Shown: positions 46,485-57,435, numbered from the stretch's first letter. The stretch: DNA of 64,000 nt from Rhodothermales bacterium (GCA_022821845.1 JAJECT010000034.1:3038-67037), one strand, 5' to 3'. Made by a program: numbers and translations. The notes: generated from the letters alone by a model not told the origin.

Positions 46485-47428
46485 GACGAGGCCCCTCCAT
46501 GCGGTTCGTCCGCCGCTTCGCCTTCGTTCTGCGTCCATTCGATGAGCGCGTCTTCCAGCGTGGCGCGGCGGACATGCAGTTCGACAAGGGTTGCCCCGGC
46601 TGCTTCCAGGCGCTCCGCAAGCGCAGCGAGCGCCCGATGCGCCGCTTCCGCCCGAAACCGCGCCGTGCAGCCCGCCTGCTCCAGATCGCGCAGGCCCTCG
46701 ATGTCCGCGAAGGTCTCTGGCGGGAGCGGGGCGGACGTTTCGAGACGGACCGACGGCGCCGCGCCCAGGTTTTCCGTCAGATCGCGGGGGGCGCCCTGCG
46801 CGACGAGCCTGCCGCGCTGCATGATCGCCACGCGGTCGCACAGGGTTTCCGCTTCTTCCATGTAATGCGTCGTGAGCAGCACGGTCCGGCCCTCCGCTTT
46901 CATATCCAGAATGCGCCGGTGCAGGTCGCGGCGCGAAGCCGGGTCCAGGCCCGTCGTGGGTTCGTCCAGCAACACCACCTCAGGCCGGTTCACGAACGCC
47001 AGCGCCAGCGCCAGCCGCCGCCGCTGCCCTCCCGACAGGGTATGAAAGGGCGCATCGGCCTGCTCCTCCAGCGCAAACCGTTGCAACAGGGCTTCGGGGG
47101 CTTCCGCCTCGCGGTAAAACGAACCAAAGAGCCGAAGCGCTTCCCGGGGCGTGATCTTGTCCTGCAAGGCGTTCGTCTGAAGCGCCGCGCCGATGCGCTG
47201 CTGCATGTCGCGAGGACGGCGGCGGGCGTCTATTCCGGCTATCCGTACGCTCCCCCGATCCGGCCGCCGCAGCCCCAGCATGCACTCTATCGTGGTGGTT
47301 TTGCCCGCGCCGTTCGGACCCAGCAGGCCAAAAATTTCGCCCGCCGCCACATCGAACGTAACCCCGCAGGCGGCGGGCGTCCCGCCGTACGCTTTCCATA
47401 GATCATGTACCTGAACCCGGGCGGACAT
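46481..47428 (-). CDS. ABC transporter ATP-binding protein
   Basis: Walker A GPNGAGKTT, signature LSGGQRRRL, Walker B VVLLDEPT. The start is set at MSARVQV. Confidence 0.92.
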   Translation of the reverse strand: MSARVQVHDLWKAYGGTPAACGVTFDVAAGEIFGLLGPNGAGKTTTIECMLGLRRPDRGSVRIAGIDARRRPRDMQQRIGAALQTNALQDKITPREALRLFGSFYREAEAPEALLQRFALEEQADAPFHTLSGGQRRRLALALAFVNRPEVVLLDEPTTGLDPASRRDLHRRILDMKAEGRTVLLTTHYMEEAETLCDRVAIMQRGRLVAQGAPRDLTENLGAAPSVRLETSAPLPPETFADIEGLRDLEQAGCTARFRAEAAHRALAALAERLEAAGATLVELHVRRATLEDALIEWTQNEGEAADEPHGGASS

Positions 47429-47643
47429 GGGCGTAAACTCGAAAAGCAGCGTAAACAGGGAGGGTAGCGGAACAATGTCCCGCTTACCTTCGCGCCCGCC
47501 GGGATGTTCTCTAAAAAGACGCGACGGGGCCGGATTTCGCCGCCGGATTCCGCCGCCACGCATTGATACTATGCCGTTTCCTTCGTATCAAGTAGACTGT
47601 TTCGCGTCCCATCCGATATCGTATCCTCCCCTTCGCTGATTCC

Positions 47644-49089
47644 ATGCGTTTTCCGCTTTTTCCGCGCCGGGCGGCCATGCTGCTTGCGCTCGCCGCCGCC
47701 ATGGCGCCTGTCCTGACCGCGCAGGCCCAGGCCCCGGACGATTCCCCGTCGGCCCGCCGCGCGCCGAACATCGTGTTCATCCTGGCCGACGACCTTGGGT
47801 ACGGAGATTTGAGCGTCTATGGACAAAAACGCTTCGCGACGCCCCGGCTGGACCGCATGGCCGAAGAAGGCGCGCGATTCACCGCATTTTATGCGGGGAA
47901 TACGGTGTGCGCCCCGTCCCGCTGGTCGCTGATGACCGGCGCGCACATGGGGCATGCCTACGTGCGGGGCAATGCGGGCGCCTCGCTGCGGGACGAGGAC
48001 CGGACGCTGCCCCGGGCGCTCAAACAGGCCGGGTACGCCACAGGCATGTTCGGAAAATGGGGTTTGGCCGAAGACGCAGATTCCGGGCTGCCGCATCGGC
48101 AGGGGTTCGACGCCTTCCTCGGATATTTGCGGCATGTCCACGCGCATTCGCACTACACGGATCATTTGTTCGAAATACAGGACGGGGAAACCGTGCGCGT
48201 CGAGGTGGACACGATGCAGTATACGCAGGAACTTTTCGTGGACGCGGCGCTGGATTTCATCGAGGAGAATCGGGATAGGCCATTCTTTCTGTACCTGCCG
48301 TTCGCCCTTGTTCATGCGGAATTGCTGGTTCCGGAAGAGGACATTGCGCCCTTCAGGGACGAAAACGGGCGCAGCCTCATGGCGCCAGACCCGCCTTTTC
48401 CGTGTTGCGGGGTCATCGGGACGTACCGGGCCCAGCCCACGCCGCACGCCGCGCACGCCGCCATGGTTACGCGTCTGGATCGGGACGTCGGGCGCATTCT
48501 GGACCGGATCGGCGAACTGGGCCTCGGCGAGGACACCATCGTGCTTTTCACCAGCGACAACGGGCCGCACGGCGAAGGCGGGGCGGACCCCGGCTATTTC
48601 GAATCCAACGGTCCGCTGCGGGGCATGAAGCGGGATTTGTACGAAGGCGGCATTCGCGTGCCGATGATCGCCTGGGGGCCGGGCTACGTGCCGTCCGGGC
48701 AAGTCAGCGACCACGCCTGGGCCATGTGGGACGTTTTCCCCACCCTTGCCGCCTTCGCCGGAGCGGACGTCCCGGATGTGGACGGCTTGTCCATGGCGGC
48801 GCTGCTCCGAAACGACGGCCCCGTGCCCACGCATCGCGCGCTCTACTGGGAGCATCGCAACAACATGGAGGCGAGATATTCCCAGGCCGTGCGGCAGGGG
48901 GACTGGAAACTGCTGCGCGTGTGGACCCCGGATCGGCAGGCGACCGAATTGTACGATCTGCGCCGCGACATCGGGGAATACCACGATCTTTCCGAACGAT
49001 ACCCGGACGTGGCGCAGCGCCTGAAGGCCCTGATCGAGGAGGTGCGAACGGAGCCGGAAATGGACGTTTTCAAAAACCCCTACGAATGA
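47644..49089 (+). CDS. Arylsulfatase (Cys-type)
   Basis: Signal peptide, PNIVFILADDLGYGD, CAPSRWSLMTG, and GPLRGMKRDLYEGGIRVP. Confidence 0.92.
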   Translation: MRFPLFPRRAAMLLALAAAMAPVLTAQAQAPDDSPSARRAPNIVFILADDLGYGDLSVYGQKRFATPRLDRMAEEGARFTAFYAGNTVCAPSRWSLMTGAHMGHAYVRGNAGASLRDEDRTLPRALKQAGYATGMFGKWGLAEDADSGLPHRQGFDAFLGYLRHVHAHSHYTDHLFEIQDGETVRVEVDTMQYTQELFVDAALDFIEENRDRPFFLYLPFALVHAELLVPEEDIAPFRDENGRSLMAPDPPFPCCGVIGTYRAQPTPHAAHAAMVTRLDRDVGRILDRIGELGLGEDTIVLFTSDNGPHGEGGADPGYFESNGPLRGMKRDLYEGGIRVPMIAWGPGYVPSGQVSDHAWAMWDVFPTLAAFAGADVPDVDGLSMAALLRNDGPVPTHRALYWEHRNNMEARYSQAVRQGDWKLLRVWTPDRQATELYDLRRDIGEYHDLSERYPDVAQRLKALIEEVRTEPEMDVFKNPYE

Positions 49090-49171
49090 CCCTGAACGCG
49101 CCCTGCGGAACCTTTTCGCGCCATAAATCCTGACGGCGCGAGGGGATGCGGCGCAAAAACCGATACGAGAC

Positions 49172-50560
49172 ATGACCTTTTTTCTGAAAATCATGAAACG
49201 CAAGAAGCCGGCGGCGCTGCGGCTGGCCCTGTTATGCCTGCTGGCGTTTTCCATGCAGGCGGACGTCGCTGGACAAGCGGCGGACGCGCCGCCGAATTTC
49301 GTGGTGTTGTTTGCGGACGATCTTGGCTACGGCGACCTGGGCAGTTACGGAAATCCGACCATTCGTACGCCTGAACTCGACCGGATGGCGGACGAGGGCG
49401 TCCGGCTGACCTCTTTTTATGTAACCGCGGCGGTCTGTACGCCGTCGCGCGCGGGCTTGCTGACGGGGCGCTATCCCATTCGCCATCTTCCCCACAATCT
49501 GGGGCCGGATTCGAAAAACGGGCTGCCGCTCGACGAAACCCTGATCGGCGAGCCGCTGCAGGCACGCGGCTACCGGACCATGATGGTCGGAAAATGGCAC
49601 CTCGGACATGCCGAGGACGCCTACATGCCCGTTTCGCGGGGGTTCGACGGATATTACGGCCTGCTCTACAGCAACGATATGATTCGCCCGTGGGTGCAGA
49701 CCGACGCGCCGCTCTATATGTTCAGGGACCTGGAGCCGATCCGCGAACCGCTGAACCAGGATACGCTGACGGTTACGTACACCAAAGAGGCCGTTCGCTT
49801 CATCGAAGAGGCCGGGACGGAGCCGTTCTTTTTGTATCTCGCCTATGGAATGCCCCATGTGCCCATCTATCCGGCGCCGCATCGGGACGGGCGGTCTCGC
49901 AAGGGGCGCTACGGAGACGTGATCGAAACCATCGACTGGAGCGTCGGGGAGATTCTGGCGGCGCTCAAGGCCAACGGGCTGGACGAGCGCACCCTCGTGA
50001 TCTTCGCCAGCGACAACGGGCCGTGGCAGGCCATGCCGGACCGCATGTTCCAGACGGACATGATGCCGTTGCACGAACCCGTCGAACCATGGCACAGCGG
50101 ATCGGCGGGGCCTTTGCGCGGCTACAAGGGGACGACCTTCGAGGGCGGTTTTCGGGTGCCGTTCATTGCGCGCTGGCCGGGACGCATTCCTGCGGGGCGC
50201 GTTTCCGCCGACATGCTTTCCTCCCTGGACGTGTTCCCGACGCTGCTGGATGCGGCGGGTGTTGCGCCGCCGGATAATCTCGACGGAACCAGCGCGCTCT
50301 CCTTCCTGACGACGCGGGCCGTTTCTTCTCCGCGGAGCGTCTTCTATTATTACCTGGGGGACCGGATCGAAGGGGTGCGGGAAGGCCCCTGGAAACTGCG
50401 AATCGCCCCTGCGCCCGAAGGAGCGCAAGGCGAACCGGCCCTGTACCATCTGGACGAGGATCCCGAGGAGAAATACAATCGGGCGGCAGCGTACCCGGAC
50501 CTGACGGTTCGCTTGCAGGCAGCCATGGAGGCATTCGATGCGGAAGCAAGGCGACCTTAA
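49172..50560 (+). CDS. Arylsulfatase (Cys-type)
   Basis: PNFVVLFADDLGYGD, CTPSRAGLLTG, and GPLRGYKGTTFEGGFRVP. An alternative start at 49193 gives a cleaner signal peptide. Confidence 0.9.
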   Translation: MTFFLKIMKRKKPAALRLALLCLLAFSMQADVAGQAADAPPNFVVLFADDLGYGDLGSYGNPTIRTPELDRMADEGVRLTSFYVTAAVCTPSRAGLLTGRYPIRHLPHNLGPDSKNGLPLDETLIGEPLQARGYRTMMVGKWHLGHAEDAYMPVSRGFDGYYGLLYSNDMIRPWVQTDAPLYMFRDLEPIREPLNQDTLTVTYTKEAVRFIEEAGTEPFFLYLAYGMPHVPIYPAPHRDGRSRKGRYGDVIETIDWSVGEILAALKANGLDERTLVIFASDNGPWQAMPDRMFQTDMMPLHEPVEPWHSGSAGPLRGYKGTTFEGGFRVPFIARWPGRIPAGRVSADMLSSLDVFPTLLDAAGVAPPDNLDGTSALSFLTTRAVSSPRSVFYYYLGDRIEGVREGPWKLRIAPAPEGAQGEPALYHLDEDPEEKYNRAAAYPDLTVRLQAAMEAFDAEARRP

Positions 50561-50585
50561 TAATTTAGGCGCCGGAATTTGGAGG

Positions 50586-52259
50586 TTAAATAATTAAGGC
50601 GGAACCATCGGCGCTACGCTCCTGCAGGAGATGCTTGGACAACCGCTTCGCATCTTCAAGACTGTCCACGAAATGCCTGTCGGGGACACGGCGAAAGACC
50701 TTGAGGGATCGCAGCGTCCTGGCCACGTCTCCGGACAGGCCCAACACAACGCAGGCCGTGTCGTCGTCGATGGCGTTTTGGACGAGTTCCTCGATCGCGA
50801 GCGCAGCGCTATCGTCCACGCCGGTGGTCCCGGAAAAGTCGAGGATGATGATATCGTGATCCTCAATGTCCGCAGCAATCGCTCTGGTGAGTTCGTTTGC
50901 GGAAGCAATCGAGAAACTTCCCCTCAACTTGATGAGACCGACCGGCAGGTTATAGGGATCGATATCTTCTGGAGACGGAAAAAAATCGAGGTCCAGGAGT
51001 GGTACCGAAACCACGCTTTCCAGTTCGCTCTGCGCCAAATCTCTCGCGCGAATCACGCCCGCCACGATCAATCCGAGCGCGACAGCGGTAACCAGATCGA
51101 CGAACACGGTAACAAGAAAGGTAAGGAGCATGACAAGAACATACTCAGCCCGGATCGTCCGCAGGCGGGAGATAAAGCGCCAATCAATAATATCCCAACC
51201 AATTTTTATGAGAATGCCGGCCAGAACGGCAAGCGGAATCGGTTCGGCAATCCAGCCGAAACCGAGCAGCAGGCCGAGCAGGAGGAGCGCGGCCAGGGCG
51301 CCTGCCAGCGGGCTGCGTCCCCCGGCCCGGATGTTGGTGACGGTGCCCATCGTGGCGCCCGCCCCCGGCAACGCGCCCAGAATGCCGGTCGCCAGGTTGC
51401 CGAGCCCTTGCCCCACGAGTTCGCGGTTGGGGTTGTGGCGGGTGCGGGTTTGCGAATCTGCTACCAACGAGGTCAGCAGGCTGTCAATGGAACCGAGAAG
51501 CGCAAGGATCAGCGCCGGCTCCACGAAGCCCCCGATCAAGCCCCACGCCAGTTGCGGCCTCTGGAATGCGGGGAGGCCCGCAGGAATCGCGCCGATGGTT
51601 CGCGCCTCGGTGAGCCAGAAGAGCGCAACGCAAGTGCCGAGTATCAAGGCGGCCAGGGGGGCAGGGAGGAAGCGTCGTATCCGGCGGGGCCAGAAGACGC
51701 ACGTAGCCAAGGCGGTCAATCCGACGGCAAGATCGTGCGGATTAGGTTTGGCGATGGCGTCCGGCCAGGCTGCAATCTGGACAAGCGGCCCTCCCGGAAC
51801 CGGGTCGGCGCCGAGGATGGTAAGAACCTGCAGAATTATGATGATTGCGCCGATACCGGTCATGAAGCCGGAAACCACGGAGTAGGGCGTGTAACTCACA
51901 AAGCTGCCGATCCGGAGGAATCCCAGCGCTATTTGCAGCAGGCCGGCCAGCATGACTATGGTGAAGGCGATTGCGAGATCGTCCGCATACAGGGTGACAA
52001 CCGCCGCCATGGCAACCGTCATCGGGCCGGTGGGGCCGGATATTTGCGAGGGCGTGCCGCCGAACACGGCGGCAAAAAATCCTACTGCGACGGCGCCGTA
52101 GATTCCAGCAACCGGCCCCAGCCCCGAGGCAACGCCAAAGGCCAGGGCCATGGGAAGCATCACGATCGCGGAGGTGACGCCGCCGAATACGTCACCTGTA
52201 AAAGTGGACCCAACCGACGCGAAAGAGAAGTCGCCCCTTGTTTTTCCGAACAATTTCAA
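50586..52259 (-). CDS. SulP-family anion (sulfate) transporter with C-terminal STAS domain
   Basis: GGVTSAIVMLPMALAFGVASGL, and GGTPSQISGPTGPMTV. The C-terminal STAS segment is IIILDFSGTTGVDDSAALAIEEL. Confidence 0.92.
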   Translation of the reverse strand: MKLFGKTRGDFSFASVGSTFTGDVFGGVTSAIVMLPMALAFGVASGLGPVAGIYGAVAVGFFAAVFGGTPSQISGPTGPMTVAMAAVVTLYADDLAIAFTIVMLAGLLQIALGFLRIGSFVSYTPYSVVSGFMTGIGAIIIILQVLTILGADPVPGGPLVQIAAWPDAIAKPNPHDLAVGLTALATCVFWPRRIRRFLPAPLAALILGTCVALFWLTEARTIGAIPAGLPAFQRPQLAWGLIGGFVEPALILALLGSIDSLLTSLVADSQTRTRHNPNRELVGQGLGNLATGILGALPGAGATMGTVTNIRAGGRSPLAGALAALLLLGLLLGFGWIAEPIPLAVLAGILIKIGWDIIDWRFISRLRTIRAEYVLVMLLTFLVTVFVDLVTAVALGLIVAGVIRARDLAQSELESVVSVPLLDLDFFPSPEDIDPYNLPVGLIKLRGSFSIASANELTRAIAADIEDHDIIILDFSGTTGVDDSAALAIEELVQNAIDDDTACVVLGLSGDVARTLRSLKVFRRVPDRHFVDSLEDAKRLSKHLLQERSADGSALII

Positions 52260-52503
52260 GCTGCTTTTTTTCGGTAACTTCGTATCCAGGCCGCAATCAA
52301 CTTCATCCGGCGCGAGATGGTCAAGGCTTTGGTGCGGACGCGCTTCGTAACGAGGGGGGCACGCCGGGCAAGCCAGTCCGCGCCGAACACAATATTCATA
52401 TTAAGGCTCGCAAATTCCCCATGCTTGACAAATTGCGCGACAAAATTCCGCTTCGCATCGCCTGCGGTTGGGGCCCGCCTGTCCAGCCCTATGCTCCGCC
52501 CCG

Positions 52504-54939
52504 CTACCGCCCCAGCTCCACGCCAAATCCCGCCACAATCCGCGAACCCGCAAAATCTTCCGAACCGCCGAGGCGGCGGGCGAGGTCCAGGCGGAGCGGC
52601 GTACCCCCGATCCGGGTCAGGGAAACGCCGATCTCGTGGATGGCCTGATCCGCGCAGCGCGGCGGGAGCGTACAGAAAAACCCTTCGGGACGGGAGGCGG
52701 CGGGCAATCCCGCGATGCGCCCGTGCGCTCCGAACGCCGCAAGACCCATGCGCAAACGGACCAGCGGCCACAGCCGAACCCATTCGAAGGGAAGCGTCGC
52801 GAAGTCGTGGCGCCAGAAAACGGCGGCGTACCGCGCCCCTTGCAACGGACGTCCGTGCAGAGACCGGAACGCATGGCGCCGGTTCGCCCGGAGGCCATCG
52901 AAAAATTCGAGTCCGGCGTCGAGCAGCGCGCGCCGCTGCGGCGGCAGATCGCCGAAGGACGCGCTGGCCTCAAGGCGAATATGCAGGCGCGCAGGCGTGG
53001 GGCGGTATCGGCGCAGCGTGGGTTGCGCGAGGTCGATGTGCCCGCCCAGCGCGCTAAACGCCCCGGCGCTCGCAAGCCGCCCGGACGAACCATGCTCCAT
53101 GCGAAGCGCGGCGGAGCGGATGGTACGGTTGGCGCGGGCGGGCAAGGCAAGCGTGGCGTACGCGGACAGGAACGCCCCGTCCCTAATGGCCGGATTCTCC
53201 CGAAAAGCCTGCGCGTACGGCCAGGAACGGGGTACTTGCCGCGCTACCGATTCCGCCTCTTCCCGCGCAATCCCGGCGGCGAAATGCAGTGCCCGCCATG
53301 CGGTTTCCACGCCGGCGCCGTACCGGGTCCGCCGAAAATAATCGAAATAATCTCGCCCGCCAAGAGCCGCCTGCACCGAAGCAAGCGCCTCGCTGTGGCT
53401 GGACCCCGCGCCCTGCGACGCAATATCCCGTGCATACGAAACGCGAAGCAGTGCGCGGGCGCCGAGCGGCCTCTTCAGGGCGGCGTACGACCGGGTCTCC
53501 TTCAGTCCGGTTGCCTGGCCCAGGCGCCACGCCATGCGGATGCCGGAAAAAAGGTCCAGTTCGTTGCCGACGCTGCTGACGAGGCCGTCCACCCGATTGT
53601 AGCGGAACCGGAACCGGTACCCCATAACGACAGGCCATTGCAGCCGATCAGAAATCTCCGGGTCCAGAAAACCCACGAACCGTCCTGTGCGCCGTTCGGG
53701 AGGAAACGCCTCGTTCAGCGTCAGGTTGGCGGCGTGCAGGTCGGCAAGCGCGTCCAGTTCGCGGGCCGTCATGGGCATCAGCGCTTGCCCGTATCGAAAA
53801 GCCGGATCGCGCCAGGGCGTGGTTACCGAGGCAAACTGTTCCGGGGGAATGTCGATGCGGTGCGCGGTCAGTACCGTCCGCCGCCGAAACGCCACGACGC
53901 GCGCCCGCTGCATGCCGACGGCGGCGTGGAGCGTCCCCTCCATATCCAGATTGACAGGTGCCCAGAACCCGCCGTCCGCCTCCCGAAAGTGCTGCGCGTA
54001 CCGGACGCGCCAGCCGGACGTCGGGTCGGGAAAAACCACGTGCCGCGCCGGGAAAAGCCGGGCTTCCAGCAAGACGAACGCTTCGTCCAGGACGGAAATC
54101 TGCCCGATAAAGGTAGCCTCCTCTTCGCCGACGGGAGAGACGTTCAGGTCGTAGATCGTCCGGTCGCCCAGCGCGCGCTCCGCGGCCACCCGGAAGACGT
54201 AATGCTCCAGCGCGTCGGGGTGGGTAGGGCCGATCATCCGTTGTCCCTGAATGGTCACGAAATCCTCGTACAGGTTCGCCACGTCGTGCGGCGCAGGCAA
54301 GGGGAGTTCCTCGCTCCATGCCCCGGTTTGGCTCACGGCGCTTACCGTCGCGCGCGGGGCCGCCTGCTCCCCGTCTCCATACAGCCACAGCAGGTCGAAC
54401 GCGGTATCGCTGAGATGGACGATGCGGTCGCCGCGCGCAAGCGTCATGCGGGTCTGCCCCGCCACGGCAAGCGAAGCAATCTCCGCGAACATGCGTTGCT
54501 TGCGGCGAATCACCTGTTCCATCAAACCGTATGCGAACCCCTCGCCCGACACCAGCGCTTCTTCCAGCGGAATCACGACGGGCGCGAGGCGAATAACGAG
54601 CGATTCCGCCTCGTCCGGGCGTACGGGCAATGCGAGCGGGGCGTATCCGAGGTGCTGAACGACGATGGTGTCGGGCAGCGCGGGCAATGCCAGCGCAAAT
54701 CGTCCCTCCGCATTCGTAATGGCGCCGTAGGCCATGTCCTCCGTGAACACATGCGCGCCGGTCAGCAAGGCGCCGGTTTCTTCGTCCGCCACCGTTCCCC
54801 CGATGCGCGCCTGCCCGGCGGCGGGTCCGGCAGTTAGGGCGAGCGGCAGGATATAGAGGAGATATCGGAGCACGGCGGACAAGGGAAGGGTTTTCGTTCG
54901 GGCGAGCCGCCGCGAAAGCCATGCGGCGGACAAGCGCAA
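52504..54939 (-). CDS. CarboxypepD_reg plus DUF5686 outer-membrane protein
   Basis: N-terminal RIGGTVADEETGALLTGAHVF...NAEGRFAL, then a large beta-rich region as in Bacteroidota DUF5686 proteins. TTG start; the exact start is uncertain. Confidence 0.75.
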   Translation of the reverse strand: MRLSAAWLSRRLARTKTLPLSAVLRYLLYILPLALTAGPAAGQARIGGTVADEETGALLTGAHVFTEDMAYGAITNAEGRFALALPALPDTIVVQHLGYAPLALPVRPDEAESLVIRLAPVVIPLEEALVSGEGFAYGLMEQVIRRKQRMFAEIASLAVAGQTRMTLARGDRIVHLSDTAFDLLWLYGDGEQAAPRATVSAVSQTGAWSEELPLPAPHDVANLYEDFVTIQGQRMIGPTHPDALEHYVFRVAAERALGDRTIYDLNVSPVGEEEATFIGQISVLDEAFVLLEARLFPARHVVFPDPTSGWRVRYAQHFREADGGFWAPVNLDMEGTLHAAVGMQRARVVAFRRRTVLTAHRIDIPPEQFASVTTPWRDPAFRYGQALMPMTARELDALADLHAANLTLNEAFPPERRTGRFVGFLDPEISDRLQWPVVMGYRFRFRYNRVDGLVSSVGNELDLFSGIRMAWRLGQATGLKETRSYAALKRPLGARALLRVSYARDIASQGAGSSHSEALASVQAALGGRDYFDYFRRTRYGAGVETAWRALHFAAGIAREEAESVARQVPRSWPYAQAFRENPAIRDGAFLSAYATLALPARANRTIRSAALRMEHGSSGRLASAGAFSALGGHIDLAQPTLRRYRPTPARLHIRLEASASFGDLPPQRRALLDAGLEFFDGLRANRRHAFRSLHGRPLQGARYAAVFWRHDFATLPFEWVRLWPLVRLRMGLAAFGAHGRIAGLPAASRPEGFFCTLPPRCADQAIHEIGVSLTRIGGTPLRLDLARRLGGSEDFAGSRIVAGFGVELGR

Positions 54940-55104
54940 GCGACGCGGCGGGCGCAGTGGTTTTGACGGCGTATCGAAAAATACGTTAAGGACGCGCTTG
55001 TTCAGCGTAATGCTAACGAAAAACCGGCGGGGTTCGTATCATGGATTGCAACGCGCTCGCAAGAGATTTCGCGACTTCCCGACGGATATCTACCGCCGAT
55101 TGCA

Positions 55105-56802
55105 ATGGATCGAAGGCATTTTCTTGGCAATCTGGCCGCCGCGGCCGGACTGGGCGCGCTGGGCGCGTCGCATGCCCTCGTCGCCGGTCCGCATCCTCCG
55201 GCCCGCGAACGCCGCGCCGACGTGGTCATTCTGGGCGGCGGCACGGGAGGCGTCGCCGCCGCGCTGGGCGCCTTGCGCAGCGGACGCCGGGTCCTCATGA
55301 CCGAAGAAACGGACTGGATTGGCGGGCAATTGACCCAGCAGGCGGTTCCCCCGGACGAACACCCCTGGATCGAACAGTTTGGCGCGCCCGCTTCGTACCT
55401 CGATTTCCGGCGGCGGGTGCGCGCTTTGTACCGGCGGGCCTATCCGCTTGCCGCAGGCGCTTCGGACCCGCTGAATCCGGGGAATTGCGGGGTTTCTTAC
55501 CTGTGTCACGAACCGCGCGTCGCGCTGGCCGCGCTGGAAGAAATGCTGGCTTCCTATGCGAGCAGCGGCCAACTCGTCGTTTTGCTGCGCCATGCGTGCA
55601 CGGGGGCGAGCGTTACGGGAGATCGCGTCGAATCCGTGCGCGTACGGGAGGAGCGAACCGGAACCGAAACCGAATTGACGGCGCCGTTTTTCATCGACGC
55701 GACAGAGTTGGGGGACGTGCTTCCGCTGGCGGGGGTCGAATACGTAACCGGGGCGGAAGCGGCAGGCGAGACGGGCGAGCCGCACGCCCCCGCCGAGGCG
55801 CAACCGCAAAACATGCAGGCGCCCACCTGGTGCTTCGCCATGGAGCATGTGGACGGCGAAAATCATGTCATCGACCGGCCCGCCGAGTACGCATTCTGGC
55901 GCGATTACACGCCGGACCTTGCGCCGCCCTGGCCCGGCCCCTTGCTGAGTTTCACCTACAGCCATCCGATCACGCTCAAGCCGCGCACGTTGCCCTTTGA
56001 CCCGCGGACGAACGACGGGGGATGGTGGACGTACCGCCGCCTTATCGATCCGGCCAACTTCGCGCCGGGAACGTATCCGGGCGGCGTCACGCTGGTCAAC
56101 TGGCCGCAAAACGATTACCTGCTCGGAAATTTCGTAGACGTAAGCCCCGAAGAAAAAGCCCGGCATATGGACGGGGCCATGGCCCTCAGCCGGTCCCTTT
56201 TCTACTGGTTGCAAACGGAAGCCCCCCGGCCCGACGGGGGCGCAGGCTGGCCCGGATTGCGGCTGCGCGGCGACTTGACCGGCTCCCCGCACGGATTGGC
56301 GAAACGCCCCTACATTCGGGAAGCCCGCCGCATTCGGGCCGAATTCACGGTATGCGAACAGCATGTGGGCCTGGAGGCGCGCATGGCGGAAACGGGCTTG
56401 CCGGAAGGAGAAGTTACCGCCGCCGCGTTTCCGGACTCCGTGGGCATCGGCAGTTACCGCATCGACCTGCATCCGTCCACGGGCGGGGATAATTACATCG
56501 ACGTCGGGTCCCTGCCCTTTGAAATTCCGCTCGGCGCCCTGCTGCCCGTACGCATGGAGAACCTGCTGCCCGCCGCAAAAAACATCGGTACGACGCACAT
56601 CACCAACGGATGCTACCGCCTGCACCCCGTGGAATGGAATATCGGGGAGGCGGCGGGCCAACTGGCGGCGTTTTGCCTGCGCGGAAAGCATGCGCCCCGA
56701 CAAGTGCGCGCCAACGCGAAATTACTGGAGGATTTCCAGCGCTCGCTGAAGCGGCAGGGCGTGGAGATTCGCTGGCCCGACCCGGCGAGGCGGGTGCGGT
56801 AA
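55105..56802 (+). CDS. FAD-dependent oxidoreductase with Tat signal
   Basis: MDRRHFLGNLAAAAGLGA twin-arginine leader and DVVILGGGTGGVAAA dinucleotide-binding motif. Confidence 0.85.
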   Translation: MDRRHFLGNLAAAAGLGALGASHALVAGPHPPARERRADVVILGGGTGGVAAALGALRSGRRVLMTEETDWIGGQLTQQAVPPDEHPWIEQFGAPASYLDFRRRVRALYRRAYPLAAGASDPLNPGNCGVSYLCHEPRVALAALEEMLASYASSGQLVVLLRHACTGASVTGDRVESVRVREERTGTETELTAPFFIDATELGDVLPLAGVEYVTGAEAAGETGEPHAPAEAQPQNMQAPTWCFAMEHVDGENHVIDRPAEYAFWRDYTPDLAPPWPGPLLSFTYSHPITLKPRTLPFDPRTNDGGWWTYRRLIDPANFAPGTYPGGVTLVNWPQNDYLLGNFVDVSPEEKARHMDGAMALSRSLFYWLQTEAPRPDGGAGWPGLRLRGDLTGSPHGLAKRPYIREARRIRAEFTVCEQHVGLEARMAETGLPEGEVTAAAFPDSVGIGSYRIDLHPSTGGDNYIDVGSLPFEIPLGALLPVRMENLLPAAKNIGTTHITNGCYRLHPVEWNIGEAAGQLAAFCLRGKHAPRQVRANAKLLEDFQRSLKRQGVEIRWPDPARRVR

Positions 56803-56892
56803 CGACATGGGCGCTCTGCATGATCGCGCCCCGGTATGCATCGTGGCGCAGCGCCTTCGTTTTGCGATTCGGAAGGAAAATCAATCGGCAAA

Positions 56893-57435
56893 TCAGGCGG
56901 CTTCCCCCCTGCCCTTCAGCAAGAACGCCATAACGAACGCCAGCAGGAACGAAATGCCCACGCCGATGGCCAGCACGGTGGCGTACATCACGAGCGATTG
57001 CAAGGCGACATTGGTCGCCAGCGCGCTTTGGGCCTCCATCGTAGCCTGGAACGCCTGAAACGCTTCCGCCGTCATGGACGCCCGCGCCGATTCCGTCTGA
57101 TAATCCATGTATTTCTGCGTGAAATCGGGATCGATGACTTTTACGTACAGGAGATGGTACGCCGCGAAAGCCAGCGCGGGCAATTCGGTTACGACGACGC
57201 CGACCAGCCAGGCTTTCCCGAAAGAAATCCTGCCGCCGCCCTGCTTGCGCCGGTAGTCCCTGACGCCAAGATAGATGGAAACGGCGAGCGCAACGACGAT
57301 CGCCGAGTACCCGACGATTTCGCCTGTCGCATATTCTTCCGGTCCTGGAATGCCCATGACGAGCAGCGTAAGCAGGTTGACGCCGATCAGGATGGCGGCG
57401 CCGATTCCGCCGTAGTAGAGGAGCATGCGGATCAT
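56893..57435 (-). CDS. DUF4199-like membrane protein
   Basis: Four-helix layout with YLGVRDYRRK after helix 2, as in Bacteroidota DUF4199 proteins. Confidence 0.7.
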   Translation of the reverse strand: MIRMLLYYGGIGAAILIGVNLLTLLVMGIPGPEEYATGEIVGYSAIVVALAVSIYLGVRDYRRKQGGGRISFGKAWLVGVVVTELPALAFAAYHLLYVKVIDPDFTQKYMDYQTESARASMTAEAFQAFQATMEAQSALATNVALQSLVMYATVLAIGVGISFLLAFVMAFLLKGRGEAA

